Positions 1-8,801 of a DNA stretch of 16,762 bases are shown one piece after another. The position numbers and the translations under genes were made by a program. Origin of the DNA: Chthonomonadales bacterium (GTDB lineage: Bacteria > Armatimonadota > Chthonomonadetes > Chthonomonadales > Chthonomonadaceae); the NCBI GenBank assembly GCA_038217285.1, contig JBBQPO010000129.1:1-16762 (forward strand), given 5' to 3'. A model generated the notes under the pieces. That model ran no database searches and was not told the origin of the DNA. It saw only the letters and a list, made by a program, of their open reading frames with translations. How positions within the stretch are numbered: position 1 is the stretch's first letter; each line of letters starts with the position of its first letter.

Positions 1-135
1 CAAGGCGCCCAAACCATTGAGAAGAAAGTACACTCTTTTGCATCTTACAGTCGCCCCGTTCACGATCCTTTAGGTATCCTTCCTATTGTAACACCAAACG
101 CACACGAAGGCAACAGAAAGGTCATAGGAGCGGAT

Positions 136-642
136 TTAGTAGGAGTCGCGGACGCGCAGCGGACCGAGCCAGCGGCGCAGGAGAAGATAGAGCGGATAGG
201 CAAGAAGCACGTTGTAGAGGGTCGTGCCGCCGACGGAACGTGCCCAGTGGAGGAGATGCCGTTGCGGGGCAAGGACGAAGAAGACTCCTTCGGTCAGCAG
301 CGTACCTAACCCTACGAGAACCACGGCAAGGAGGCCGTTATCGCGGTAGATGCGCTCTTCGAGCCAGCCGACACCGAAGCAGACGAGGGTGCGGCTGAAC
401 AGCAGGCTGCCGAAGCCGCCCAGAGGCGGGGCGGCGAAGCAGGCGTGGATCAGGCCCGCCGAAAAGCCGAGCGCCGCGCCTCCGTTGGCGTCCGAAAACA
501 TGGCGCTTAAGAGAGCCGTCGCGAGAAGGAGATCGGGTCGCGCGCCCCGGATACTGATGCTTCCGGCGAAGGCGAGTTGACCCAGCGCTGCTGCCAGCAG
601 CGCGACACAGAGCCGAACCGTCCGGGCGGACTGCGGCGTCAT
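136..642 (-). CDS. mreD: rod shape-determining protein MreD
   Basis: 168-aa hydrophobic multi-TM ORF with an N-terminal 'RPDLLL' motif and 'GAALGFSAGLIH'; directly downstream of mreC with an ATGA overlap at 639-642. Confidence 0.85.
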   Translation of the reverse strand: MTPQSARTVRLCVALLAAALGQLAFAGSISIRGARPDLLLATALLSAMFSDANGGAALGFSAGLIHACFAAPPLGGFGSLLFSRTLVCFGVGWLEERIYRDNGLLAVVLVGLGTLLTEGVFFVLAPQRHLLHWARSVGGTTLYNVLLAYPLYLLLRRWLGPLRVRDSY

Positions 643-1463
643 GGTTGAACGTAGACCTCTTCGAGCCGGTCGAACTCCACCACAGGATGGACGACCGCCG
701 TCTTGCCGACGTTGTTCTCGTCGGGTTTGACGCTTTCCACCGTGCCGATCACTTGTCCGGCAGGGAAGACGCCCCCAAGCCCGGAGGTGACGATCCTATC
801 GCCCGCCTTGACGTCGGCGTCACCGGGCAGATATTTCAGATCGAGACGGGAGGAGTTGTTGCCTTCGCAGACGCCGACCGCACGCGAGTTTGCCCGCTGT
901 ACTCGCCCTCCGACCCCGGACTTCTGGTCGGTCAGCATCAGGACGGAGGCGGTGCCGGGGGTCACTTCGAAGACACGACCGACCAGTCCGTTCCGCGTAC
1001 GTACCATGCTGTTGATGCGGACCCCGTCGCGGCTGCCCCGGTTGATGATCAGAGTATCGAATTTCGGGTCGGTCTTCTGGGCGGTAATGTCGGCAGCCAG
1101 GAGGCGGGGAGTGTTGGCGTGTACGAATCCGAGATCGTCGCGGAGGCGATCGACGTTGGTCTGCGCTTCCCGCAGGGCAGCGTTCTCGCCTTCCAACTGC
1201 GCCACGCGGTCGTGCAGGCGTCGGTTCTCCGTATCGACCGCATGGCCGCGAAACAGCCAGCCCGTCTGTCTGCCGAACCAGTGCGTCGCGCCACTCATCC
1301 AGCCGACCGGCGTTGCGAGTACGCCCCGCACTCCGCCGACAACAGGATCCTGACTACCCTGAGTGGTGACGCGATTGTGCCAGGCGCCCAGCAGTACGCC
1401 GAGGAGCAGAAAAATAAGAGCGGCCCAGTAACGTCGGGCACGCGGGGTGGTTTCCGAGCGCAT
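639..1463 (-). CDS. mreC: rod shape-determining protein MreC
   Basis: N-terminal TM, coiled coil (ENRRL...ENAALRE), then 'LIINRGSRDGV', 'GLVGRV', 'GDRIVTSGLGGVFPAG', 'FDRLEEVYV'; lies between mreB and mreD. Confidence 0.95.
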   Translation of the reverse strand: MRSETTPRARRYWAALIFLLLGVLLGAWHNRVTTQGSQDPVVGGVRGVLATPVGWMSGATHWFGRQTGWLFRGHAVDTENRRLHDRVAQLEGENAALREAQTNVDRLRDDLGFVHANTPRLLAADITAQKTDPKFDTLIINRGSRDGVRINSMVRTRNGLVGRVFEVTPGTASVLMLTDQKSGVGGRVQRANSRAVGVCEGNNSSRLDLKYLPGDADVKAGDRIVTSGLGGVFPAGQVIGTVESVKPDENNVGKTAVVHPVVEFDRLEEVYVQP

Positions 1464-1475
1464 GGAAGGCTCCGG

Positions 1476-2516
1476 CTACTTTTTCAATATCTTTCGGAGG
1501 GTGGGATTGGTGTCGATCTCCTCCAGAACGCGTCCGGTGCCGAGCACGACGCAAGAGAGAGGATCGTTGGCGATGTGGACCGGCATGGAGGTCTCACGGG
1601 CCAACAGCAGATCGAGACCTTCCAGCAGAGCGCCGCCGCCGGCCAGAACGATACCGCGATCATAGATGTCTGCGGAGAGCTCAGGAGGTGTGCCCTCCAG
1701 GGTCGTCTTGACGGCCTCTACGATCGAGTTGATGGGGTCTTGGATCGCTTCCCGTATCTCGCTGCTCGTGATGGTGGTCTTGCGCGGCAGCCCCGAGATC
1801 AAGTCGCGGCCGCGCACCTCCATGGTACGTTCCGGCCCGGTGGGATAGGCGGAGCCGACCTGGAACTTGGCGTCTTCGGCGGTGCGGTCACCAATGGCGA
1901 GGTTGTAGGTACGCCGTACATAGTTGATGATGGCCTCGTCGATTTCGTCGCCTGCGATGCGCACGGAGCGTGCCGTCACGATCCCGCCCAGCGAGATGAC
2001 CGCGACCTCCGTCGTGCCCCCCCCGATATCGACGATCATAGAGCCGGTCGCCTCTGAAACGGGCAGGCCCGCCCCGATAGCCGCCGCCATCGGCTCTTCG
2101 ATGGTGAAGGCCTCTTTCGCGCCTGCTTTGCGCGCCGCCTCTTTGACGGCGCGCTCTTCGACTTCGGTGACGCCGGAGGGAACGCCGACCACGACACGCG
2201 GCGCGACCAGCATGGAGCGGCGATGAACCTTCGCGATGAAGTAGCGAATCATCTTCTCAGTCTGGTCGAAATCCGCGATCACGCCGTCTTTGAGCGGTCG
2301 AATAGCGATAATGTTGCCGGGCGTACGCCCGAGCATTCGCTTGGCCTCTTCGCCGACCGCCAGCACATTCTTGGGATTGTCGCGGTCGATAGCGACGACA
2401 GAAGGCTCGCGTAACAAAATCCCTCGTCCACGCACATGGACCAGGGTATTGGCAGTGCCGAGGTCGATCCCCATGTCACGGGAAAATCGACCCAGCACGC
2501 CGCGGAATAGGTTCAT
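1476..2516 (-). CDS. mreB: rod shape-determining protein MreB (actin-like ATPase)
   Basis: '[11 protein letters not shown]', 'EPSVVA', '[12 protein letters not shown]', '[11 protein letters not shown]', 'VDIGGGTTE', 'LAGGGALL'; GAGGAG RBS upstream. Confidence 0.98.
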   Translation of the reverse strand: MNLFRGVLGRFSRDMGIDLGTANTLVHVRGRGILLREPSVVAIDRDNPKNVLAVGEEAKRMLGRTPGNIIAIRPLKDGVIADFDQTEKMIRYFIAKVHRRSMLVAPRVVVGVPSGVTEVEERAVKEAARKAGAKEAFTIEEPMAAAIGAGLPVSEATGSMIVDIGGGTTEVAVISLGGIVTARSVRIAGDEIDEAIINYVRRTYNLAIGDRTAEDAKFQVGSAYPTGPERTMEVRGRDLISGLPRKTTITSSEIREAIQDPINSIVEAVKTTLEGTPPELSADIYDRGIVLAGGGALLEGLDLLLARETSMPVHIANDPLSCVVLGTGRVLEEIDTNPTLRKILKK

Positions 2517-2554
2517 TCTGTTTGGATTCTCCTCGTGCTGCTTACAGCGTCCTC

Positions 2555-2565
2555 ATTATATCACA
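2555..2565 (-). promoter_or_regulatory. extended -10 sigma70-type promoter for mreBCD
   Basis: Minus strand reads TGTGA-TATAAT (TRTGn-TATAAT) about 40 nt upstream of the mreB ATG. Confidence 0.6.
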
Positions 2566-2577
2566 TATCTACACGTG

Positions 2578-2605
2578 AATAAAAGGCCGCTCCACGCAGA
2601 AGCGG
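2578..2605 (-). terminator. probable intrinsic terminator after msrB
   Basis: Minus strand CCGCTTC-TGCGT-GGAGCGG hairpin followed by CCTTTTATT, just after the msrB stop. Confidence 0.55.
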
Positions 2606-2615
2606 GGAGACATTT

Positions 2616-3140
2616 CTACTTCTTCGCCTTCTCGAACTTCATGGCGGCGGAGTTCATGCAGTAGCGCAGTCCGGTGGGCGGCGGGCCATCGTTGAAAACA
2701 TGGCCCAGGTGGCCGCCGCACCGCGAGCAGACGACTTCGGTACGGTCCATCCCATCGCTGCCGTCCGCGCGTACTTTGACGCAGGTCTTCGTCATGGGCT
2801 CCCAGAAACTGGGCCAGCCCGTCCCGGATTCGAACTTCGTTTTCGAGGAGAAGAGCAGATTCCCGTCCGCCGCGCAACGGTAGACGCCCGCCTCGTGATT
2901 GTTCCAGGTGTCACCGGTATAGGCGCGTTCGGTGCCCGCGTGGCGCAGTACATCGTACTGCATGGGCGTCAGTAGCTTCTTCCATTCGGCGTCGGTATGT
3001 ACGACCTTATCCGTGTGTTCGACGGCTTTCTTCGTCCCCGTCTTAGGCTTTGTCGTCTTACTCTGCTGGGCCAACGTGGCATATCCGATACAGATCAGCG
3101 CGACCAACAGGCCGCCGATCATACGCAGTCTCGTCTTCAT
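2616..3140 (-). CDS. msrB: peptide-methionine (R)-S-oxide reductase MsrB with N-terminal signal peptide
   Basis: '[25 protein letters not shown]', '[11 protein letters not shown]', '[21 protein letters not shown]', 'GLRYCMNS'; basic plus hydrophobic N-terminus ([24 protein letters not shown]); GGGGAG RBS. Confidence 0.96.
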   Translation of the reverse strand: MKTRLRMIGGLLVALICIGYATLAQQSKTTKPKTGTKKAVEHTDKVVHTDAEWKKLLTPMQYDVLRHAGTERAYTGDTWNNHEAGVYRCAADGNLLFSSKTKFESGTGWPSFWEPMTKTCVKVRADGSDGMDRTEVVCSRCGGHLGHVFNDGPPPTGLRYCMNSAAMKFEKAKK

Positions 3141-3181
3141 TTGTACTCCCCTTTCGACAGTCTTGCACTTCCTCTGTTTCC

Positions 3182-3209
3182 TACGTAAAACCGTTGGGCC
3201 CCGGTTGCC
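3182..3209 (-). promoter_or_regulatory. putative ECF-sigma-type promoter upstream of msrB
   Basis: Minus strand GGCAAC-N18-CGTA about 40 nt before the ATG; same pattern as upstream of three other genes in the window. Confidence 0.35.
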
Positions 3210-3295
3210 AAGATCCGGCGCTTTCCAGTGTTCCGTTCAGAGACGTTAACGCCCATGGGCACATTCTTGTTCCCACCGTGCACGGCGACGTAAGG

Positions 3296-3301
3296 TATAA
3301 T
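3296..3301 (+). promoter_or_regulatory. -10 box of probable leaderless polB promoter
   Basis: Perfect TATAAT 8 nt upstream of the ATG at 3310; no Shine-Dalgarno between them. Confidence 0.55.
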
Positions 3302-3309
3302 CGGTTATT

Positions 3310-5577
3310 ATGACAGCAAACGACACACAGATCCCCATCGATTCTCTCCTCTACGGCCAGGACAGCACGCCCGGCATTGTCGCCGTCGAGGCCGACTATG
3401 AGGAGGGCGTCTGGATCTACCGACGGACCGGAGAGACCGTGCAGCGGGAACGCGCGCCCTCTCGTCCCTGGTTGCTTCTGACCCGACCGCCGGAGACATC
3501 CCTGGCTGGGGCCGACTATACCGATCTGGAGGGCGAGGGCTATCGCCTGCTCGCCGAGTTCGCAGGGCAGGCCGACTATCAGGCGGCACGTTTTCGGCTG
3601 CGAGACGCGCATATCGAGCACCTGACCTACGCAGGCGGCGCAAAAATGGCATTGATTCGTTCCGGGCAGACGCTGTTCAAGGGTTTGACGTTCGAGGACG
3701 TCGTACGGTTGCAGTTCGACATCGAGACGAACGGCCTCGACCCCGAACCCGAGGACAATCGTATCCTGCTGATCGCCGTCTCCGACAATCGCGGCCTGCT
3801 CGACCTGATCGAAGGGGACGAGCCGGAGATCCTGGAGCGGTTCGCCGCACTTGTGCGTGAGCGGGACCCCGATGTGATCGAAGGGCACAACGTCTACGGT
3901 TTCGACCTGCCCTACGTCATGGCGCGCTGCAAGCGGCATAAGGTCCGGTTGGCCATCGGGCGCGACGGCAGTGAGCCGCGGTTAGGGCAGGAGCGCAACT
4001 ATGCCATCGGCGGTAACTCCCGACCGTATGTGCCTGTCTATATCCACGGTCGTCACGTTCTGGACACCTATCTGGTGGTGCAGCGCTTCGACTGGGCGCG
4101 GCAGGCGCTCACCAGTTACGGCCTCAAAGAGTGCGCCCGCGTGTTCGGGTTTGCCGAGGAGCAGCGGGTGGAGCTTCCACGCGCCGAGATGGCCCGAATC
4201 TACCGCGAAGACCCCGAGTTGGTGCGCCTCTACGCCCGTCAGGATGTGATCGAAACCCGCAAGCTGGCCGAGTTGATCTCCCCTGTCGAATTCTATCAGG
4301 CGCAGATGATTCCCGACAACTACGGACAGACGGTCGTGACGGGCAATGGCGAGAAGATCAACTCCCTGTTTGTGCGAGCCTATCTGGCGGCCGGGCGCGC
4401 CGTGGCGCGAATGCGCTCCTCACGCCCCTACGCGGGCGGCTACTCCGAGGTCCGGGCGACCGGTGTTCTGGATAGGGTCGTCAAGGCGGATGTCGAGAGC
4501 CTCTATCCCAGCCTCATGCTCACCCACCGTCTCGCCCCCAAGGCCGATACACTCGGCATCTTCCTGCCCCTTTTGCGCGAGCTCACCCAGCGACGCTTCG
4601 ACGCCAAGCGCAAAGCGCAGGCCGCCGAAAGTCGCGAGGAAGGTGTGCGGCAGCAGAAGGCGGACGAGAGTGAGCGGCAGACCGGATCGGGAGGCGAGAT
4701 CGCTTCTCCCGCCGCGCTCCAGAGCGACGAACAGGATTTTCAGTATTGGGATGGACTGCAGGGCTCCTACAAAGTGCTCATCAACTCCTTTTACGGCTAT
4801 CTTGGCGGCCCCTTCTACTGGAACGACTACGATGCCGCCGAGCGCGTGACGGAGTTGGGGCGAGAACTGGTGGTCGATGTCGCGCAGCGCATGGAGGCCG
4901 GTGGCAGTACTATCATCGAGATCGATACGGACGGAGTCTACTTCGTTCCTCCCGCAACCGTTCAGGGCGAGCCGGAGGAGAGGGCTTACGTCCAGGAGAT
5001 AGGCGCGCCCCTCCCAGAGGGCATTCGGCTGGCATTCGACGGTCGGTATGCGGCGATGCTTTCCCTGAAGACCAAAAACTATGTCCTCGTCAGCTACAAT
5101 GGCAAACGGACCTTAAAAGGCGCGTCACTCCGCTCCCGCGCCGACGAAGCGTATGGTCGCAAGTTTCTGGCGAAGGCCATCGACTGCCTTCTGGAACACG
5201 ACCGCGAAGGCGTGGCAACCCTCTACGCCCAGACCATCGACGATTTGCTCGCCCGCCGAGTCCCTCTCGACGATCTGGCCCGCCGCGAGCGGGTCACCGA
5301 GAAGACCTTCCAGAGCGAGCAGAAACGCCGCTCCGCAGCTATCGCCAAAAACGTCCCCGTCGGCGACTATGTCCACGTCTATGAAAAAGCGGGCGGCGAA
5401 CTCGGCCTGCGCGACGAATATGCCCACGATGAAAACGTCCGCTACTACATGGACAAACTCTACAAGTTCGCGAAACGCCTCGAAGAGGCTCTTGACGGCG
5501 ACTTCGACCGCCTCATCCCAAAACCCACCGCCCAGGGCCTCCCACATCAGTCCCAAACCACCCTTGACCTCTTCTGA
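3310..5577 (+). CDS. polB: family-B DNA polymerase with 3'-5' exonuclease domain (Pol II/PolB-like)
   Basis: ExoI 'FDIET', ExoII 'GHNVYGFDLPY', ExoIII 'YARQD'; polymerase motifs 'ADVESLYPS', 'KVLINSFYGYLG', 'IDTDGVYF', 'KNYV', 'LKG'; C-terminus 'QTTLDLF'. Confidence 0.92.
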   Translation: MTANDTQIPIDSLLYGQDSTPGIVAVEADYEEGVWIYRRTGETVQRERAPSRPWLLLTRPPETSLAGADYTDLEGEGYRLLAEFAGQADYQAARFRLRDAHIEHLTYAGGAKMALIRSGQTLFKGLTFEDVVRLQFDIETNGLDPEPEDNRILLIAVSDNRGLLDLIEGDEPEILERFAALVRERDPDVIEGHNVYGFDLPYVMARCKRHKVRLAIGRDGSEPRLGQERNYAIGGNSRPYVPVYIHGRHVLDTYLVVQRFDWARQALTSYGLKECARVFGFAEEQRVELPRAEMARIYREDPELVRLYARQDVIETRKLAELISPVEFYQAQMIPDNYGQTVVTGNGEKINSLFVRAYLAAGRAVARMRSSRPYAGGYSEVRATGVLDRVVKADVESLYPSLMLTHRLAPKADTLGIFLPLLRELTQRRFDAKRKAQAAESREEGVRQQKADESERQTGSGGEIASPAALQSDEQDFQYWDGLQGSYKVLINSFYGYLGGPFYWNDYDAAERVTELGRELVVDVAQRMEAGGSTIIEIDTDGVYFVPPATVQGEPEERAYVQEIGAPLPEGIRLAFDGRYAAMLSLKTKNYVLVSYNGKRTLKGASLRSRADEAYGRKFLAKAIDCLLEHDREGVATLYAQTIDDLLARRVPLDDLARRERVTEKTFQSEQKRRSAAIAKNVPVGDYVHVYEKAGGELGLRDEYAHDENVRYYMDKLYKFAKRLEEALDGDFDRLIPKPTAQGLPHQSQTTLDLF

Positions 5578-5631
5578 CCTCAACACCAATCGAAAAGGAA
5601 GACAGAAAGCGACATGAGCGACATGACAACA

Positions 5632-6555
5632 CTATTGTCGAGGAACTTCAGCAGACATCGTCTGCTCCAATGCGCTGGCATCGTTGTCGCGGATGGCTTG
5701 GATGAGGGCGGCGAGTTGTTGCTCGTAGGTGGTGAGGGCGGCGAGGAGGAAGTCGCGGTTGGTGAGGAAGATGCCGCGCCAGAGTTTGGGATCGGAGGAG
5801 GCGACACGCATCATATCGCGGTAACTGCCCCCCGCGAGCTGCAACGCCAGATCACGTTCCGGGTCCGTCTCAACCACGCCGCGCAGGGCGAAGGCGAGCA
5901 CATGGGGCAGATGGCTGATAAGGGCAACGAGACGGTCATGGGTGGCGGGGTCCAGAAGGAGTGGTCGAGCGTCGAGGGCGACGACCAGGGCGATCAGTCG
6001 GGCCAAAGAGGCATCCGTGCCGGGGTCCGAAAGTCGGGCAGGAACGATGGCCCAGGCGGCGTCCGCGAACAGGTCGACGCGAGCTGCTCCCACCCCACTC
6101 TGCTCCGAACCCGCCATCGGATGTCCGCCCACGAAACGCCCCCCGAGCAGACGATCTCCCATGGCGACGACTGCCGTCTTGACGCTGCCCAGGTCGGAGA
6201 GCAGCGCGTCTGGCCTGACATGCGAGGCGATACGCTCTAGCACCTCGGGAGCGATGCCGACGGGAACCGCGAGGAAGACTGCGTCGGCCTGCTGCACGGC
6301 CAGACCCAGGTCCGTCTCCCCAAAGTCGATAGCGCCGCGCTGCTGCGCCAGTGTCAGCGCCTCGGCGCTGCGATCCCACCCCACGACCGTCTTCGCCAGA
6401 CCACGCGCGCGCAGAGCCATGCCGAGCGACCCGCCCATGAGGCCCACGCCGAGGATCGCGACACGCTCAAAGGGGGGGAAAGGCAGAGAAGGCGCCGCCC
6501 CTCCTTCGGGTTCGAGAGAGGGGCGGACATTTTCCGGAAAGGCGCTGGCCGTCAC
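5632..6555 (-). CDS. tyrA: prephenate/arogenate dehydrogenase
   Basis: Rossmann 'ILGVGLMGGSLG', 'SDLGSVK', 'FVGGHPMAGSE', 'HDRLVALISHLPH', 'GGSYRDMMRVA'; GTG start overlaps the aroF stop (GTGA at 6552-6555). Confidence 0.93.
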   Translation of the reverse strand: MTASAFPENVRPSLEPEGGAAPSLPFPPFERVAILGVGLMGGSLGMALRARGLAKTVVGWDRSAEALTLAQQRGAIDFGETDLGLAVQQADAVFLAVPVGIAPEVLERIASHVRPDALLSDLGSVKTAVVAMGDRLLGGRFVGGHPMAGSEQSGVGAARVDLFADAAWAIVPARLSDPGTDASLARLIALVVALDARPLLLDPATHDRLVALISHLPHVLAFALRGVVETDPERDLALQLAGGSYRDMMRVASSDPKLWRGIFLTNRDFLLAALTTYEQQLAALIQAIRDNDASALEQTMSAEVPRQ

Positions 6556-7574
6556 AGGGTTTTTCCGACCGCCTGCGCGATGGGCCGTACATCCTGCATC
6601 AGCTTCTCGAACTGTTCGAAGGAGAGCGACTGCGGGCCGTCTTTCAGCGCCTTCTCGGGATTGGGGTGCGTCTCCAGGATCAGGCCGTCCGCACCGGTCG
6701 CGACCGCGCCCAGACTGACTGGGCCGACCAGACTCCGCTTACCCGTCGCATGGGAGGGATCGGCGAATATCGGCAGATGCGACAGCTCTTTGATCGCGGC
6801 GATGGCGTTGATGTCGAAGGTGTTGCGGGTATAGTTCTCGAACGTGCGGATGCCGCGCTCGCAGAGGATGATCTCATAGTTGCCCTGGCTGGCGATATAC
6901 TCCGCCGCCTGCAGCCACTCTTCGATGGTGCTCGCCCAGCCGCGCTTGAGCATGACCGGCTTGCGGGTCGTGCCGATCTCCCGCAGCAGCGAGTAGTTCG
7001 TCATGTTGCGCGTACCGATCTGGTAGATGTCGGTGTAGTTGCCGACCATCTCGACGTCCCGCGTATCCATGACCTCGGTGATGATGGGCAGACCGGTCAT
7101 GTCACGGGCCTCGGCCAGCAGCTTCAGGCCCTGTTCGCCCATGCCGTGGAAGGAGTAGGGCGAGGTGCTCGGCTTGAACGCGCCACCGCGCAGGATATGC
7201 GCTCCCGCCGCCTTGGCCATCCGCGCCGTCTCGAACAGCATCTCCGGCGACTCGACCGTACAGGGGCCCGCCATTACGCAGAGTGTGCCGCCGCCGATCT
7301 GGACGCCGCGCACGTTGATGACGGTGCCTTCGGGCTTGAACGCTTTCCCGACCAGTTTATACGGTTTGAGGATCGGCACCACGCGCTCGACGAAGGTCCA
7401 GGCCTCGTACTGCTCGACCAGACCTTCTTTATCGCGCTCCGGCGTTCCTATTACCCCGACGATGGTGCGCTCCACCCCTTCGGAAAGATGAACTCCGTAG
7501 CCGTGCGCGGTGAGGTCGGCCACCAGTTCTTCGCGTTGTGCAACGGTCGCACCCGGCTCCAGAATGATAATCAC
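6552..7574 (-). CDS. aroF: 3-deoxy-7-phosphoheptulonate (DAHP) synthase, type I-beta with N-terminal regulatory domain
   Basis: 'MAGPCTVES', 'LRGGAFKPSTSPYSFHGMG', 'QIGTRNMTN', 'KPVMLKRG', 'ILCERGIRTFE', 'ADPSHATG'; start placed at GTG 7574, which has an AAGGAG RBS, rather than 7610. Confidence 0.94.
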   Translation of the reverse strand: MIIILEPGATVAQREELVADLTAHGYGVHLSEGVERTIVGVIGTPERDKEGLVEQYEAWTFVERVVPILKPYKLVGKAFKPEGTVINVRGVQIGGGTLCVMAGPCTVESPEMLFETARMAKAAGAHILRGGAFKPSTSPYSFHGMGEQGLKLLAEARDMTGLPIITEVMDTRDVEMVGNYTDIYQIGTRNMTNYSLLREIGTTRKPVMLKRGWASTIEEWLQAAEYIASQGNYEIILCERGIRTFENYTRNTFDINAIAAIKELSHLPIFADPSHATGKRSLVGPVSLGAVATGADGLILETHPNPEKALKDGPQSLSFEQFEKLMQDVRPIAQAVGKTL

Positions 7575-7621
7575 GGCAAAATCTCCTTCGATTGACAGCA
7601 GCAGATACAAAAACGTCGCTC

Positions 7622-7651
7622 ATTATAGCACACCTCTCCGCTGCCCGACAA
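7622..7651 (-). promoter_or_regulatory. sigma70-type promoter for aroF-tyrA
   Basis: Minus strand TTGTCG-N18-TATAAT with extended -10 (TGc-TATAAT). Confidence 0.6.
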
Positions 7652-7697
7652 GGCGAGACGCGTCTATGTGACCGCTCCCTTCCTGCCCAACAGTCGA

Positions 7698-7726
7698 TTT
7701 ACAAAGCGCGTTCGGCTGTGTATAAT
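7698..7726 (+). promoter_or_regulatory. sigma70-type promoter for the PhyH-family gene
   Basis: TTTACA (7698-7703)-N17-TATAAT (7721-7726), about 50 nt upstream of ATG 7776; back-to-back with the aroF promoter. Confidence 0.7.
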
Positions 7727-7775
7727 ACCGTGAGGACGCTCGCCCAAAAGCCTCCTGAAAGGATTTGCTCTGCCT

Positions 7776-8696
7776 ATGACACCCGCAGAAACCATCGATG
7801 TTCCGAAACCGCTGACGGACGAACAGGTACGCTTCTTTGTCGAAAACGGCTACCTGATCGTGCCGAAACTGATCTCTCCCGAAGAAGTGGAGGAGTTGAG
7901 ACACGATACCGTCAGGGTCGCCCGGGGCGACTATCCCTGCACCACAATCCCGCCGGTTGCGCAAGGTCTCACCGACGACGAGGTGCTGCGGACGATCCTC
8001 TGTATCCACATGCCGCACTATATCAGTCCGGTCATGGCCGCGTATGTACGGCACCCCAAAATCTGCGGAATCCTGAGTCAGATTGCCGCCGCGCATCTGC
8101 CCCACTGGGACGGCAGCGTGAAGTGCATGCAGTCCATGCTGTTCGTCAAGCCCCCGCAGTTTCAGGGACAGGCCTGGCACCAGGACGAGATCTATATTCC
8201 TACCCGCGACCGTTCGCTTGTCGGCGCCTGGATCGCACTGGACGACGCGACCATTGAGAACGGCTGTCTGTGGGTCGTCCCCGGTTCGCATCAGTCCGGC
8301 TATCTCTATCCGCAGCACCCCCATAACAACCCGGATGAGTTCGACTTTGCCGGCGAGAGTTTCGGGTTCGACGAATCGGACGAGATACCGGTCGAAGTGC
8401 CGGCAGGATCTCTGGTCTTCTTCAACGGCTATCTGCTGCACCGTTCGCGCAAGAACCGCAGCGCTGTCTATCGTCGGGTACTGGTCAATCACTACATGAA
8501 CGCCTGGTCGCTGCTTCCGTGGTCCGTGAAGGAAGGCGAGTCGGTCGCCAATGCCGATCGCCGCAGCGTGATTCCTGTCGCGGGCATCGATCCGTACCAG
8601 TGGAAGGGCTACGACAACCCGCCGCAGGACGTCTGGCTGCGCAGTTGCAAGGCGACGGAAGAGGGAAAGGCCGCCGAGCCTTCCACCCAGAAATAG
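7776..8696 (+). CDS. phytanoyl-CoA dioxygenase family (PhyH) 2OG-Fe(II) oxygenase
   Basis: 'LTDEQVRFFVENGYLIV', 'WHQD' (HxD), 'AWIALDDATIENGCLWVVPGSH', distal 'LLHRS' His and downstream Arg. Confidence 0.9.
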   Translation: MTPAETIDVPKPLTDEQVRFFVENGYLIVPKLISPEEVEELRHDTVRVARGDYPCTTIPPVAQGLTDDEVLRTILCIHMPHYISPVMAAYVRHPKICGILSQIAAAHLPHWDGSVKCMQSMLFVKPPQFQGQAWHQDEIYIPTRDRSLVGAWIALDDATIENGCLWVVPGSHQSGYLYPQHPHNNPDEFDFAGESFGFDESDEIPVEVPAGSLVFFNGYLLHRSRKNRSAVYRRVLVNHYMNAWSLLPWSVKEGESVANADRRSVIPVAGIDPYQWKGYDNPPQDVWLRSCKATEEGKAAEPSTQK

Positions 8697-8741
8697 AAGC
8701 GATAGGTCTGACAGCGTGTCCTGTCACCGGGACAAAACATA

Positions 8742-8775
8742 GCGGCGAGCGAACAGAGTGCTGTTCGCTCGCCGC
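8742..8775. terminator. hairpin between convergent genes, probable bidirectional terminator
   Basis: Perfect 15-bp stem GCGGCGAGCGAACAG-agtg-CTGTTCGCTCGCCGC between the PhyH stop (8696) and the Met-rich gene stop (8802). Confidence 0.65.
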
Positions 8776-8801
8776 AACGAGTCCGGTAAGAGAAACGATG
8801 G

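Noticed and set aside
645-2057. 470-aa plus-strand ORF, and similar long antisense ORFs at 6666-7595, 7623-8492 and 11932-13122
   Set aside because: Antisense shadows of well-supported genes, typical of high-GC codon bias; no recognisable motifs.
3228-3295. LexA/SOS box upstream of polB
   Set aside because: GTTC words are present but not in GAAC-N4-GTTC, GTTC-N7-GTTC or CTGT-N8-ACAG arrangements.
4621-4740. Intein in the polymerase
   Set aside because: Far too short, with no N-terminal Cys/Ser block or C-terminal His-Asn motif.
5608-5625. AGCGACATG tandem duplication between polB and tyrA
   Set aside because: Two copies of 9 bp with no further structure; likely slippage.
7575-7610. Upstream ORF-track starts for aroF (7610), the Met-rich gene (9731), the Gly-zipper gene (11266), csbD (13398) and the membrane protein (15659)
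   Set aside because: Downstream starts have clear Shine-Dalgarno sequences and give more plausible N-termini; several extensions overlap the predicted promoters.
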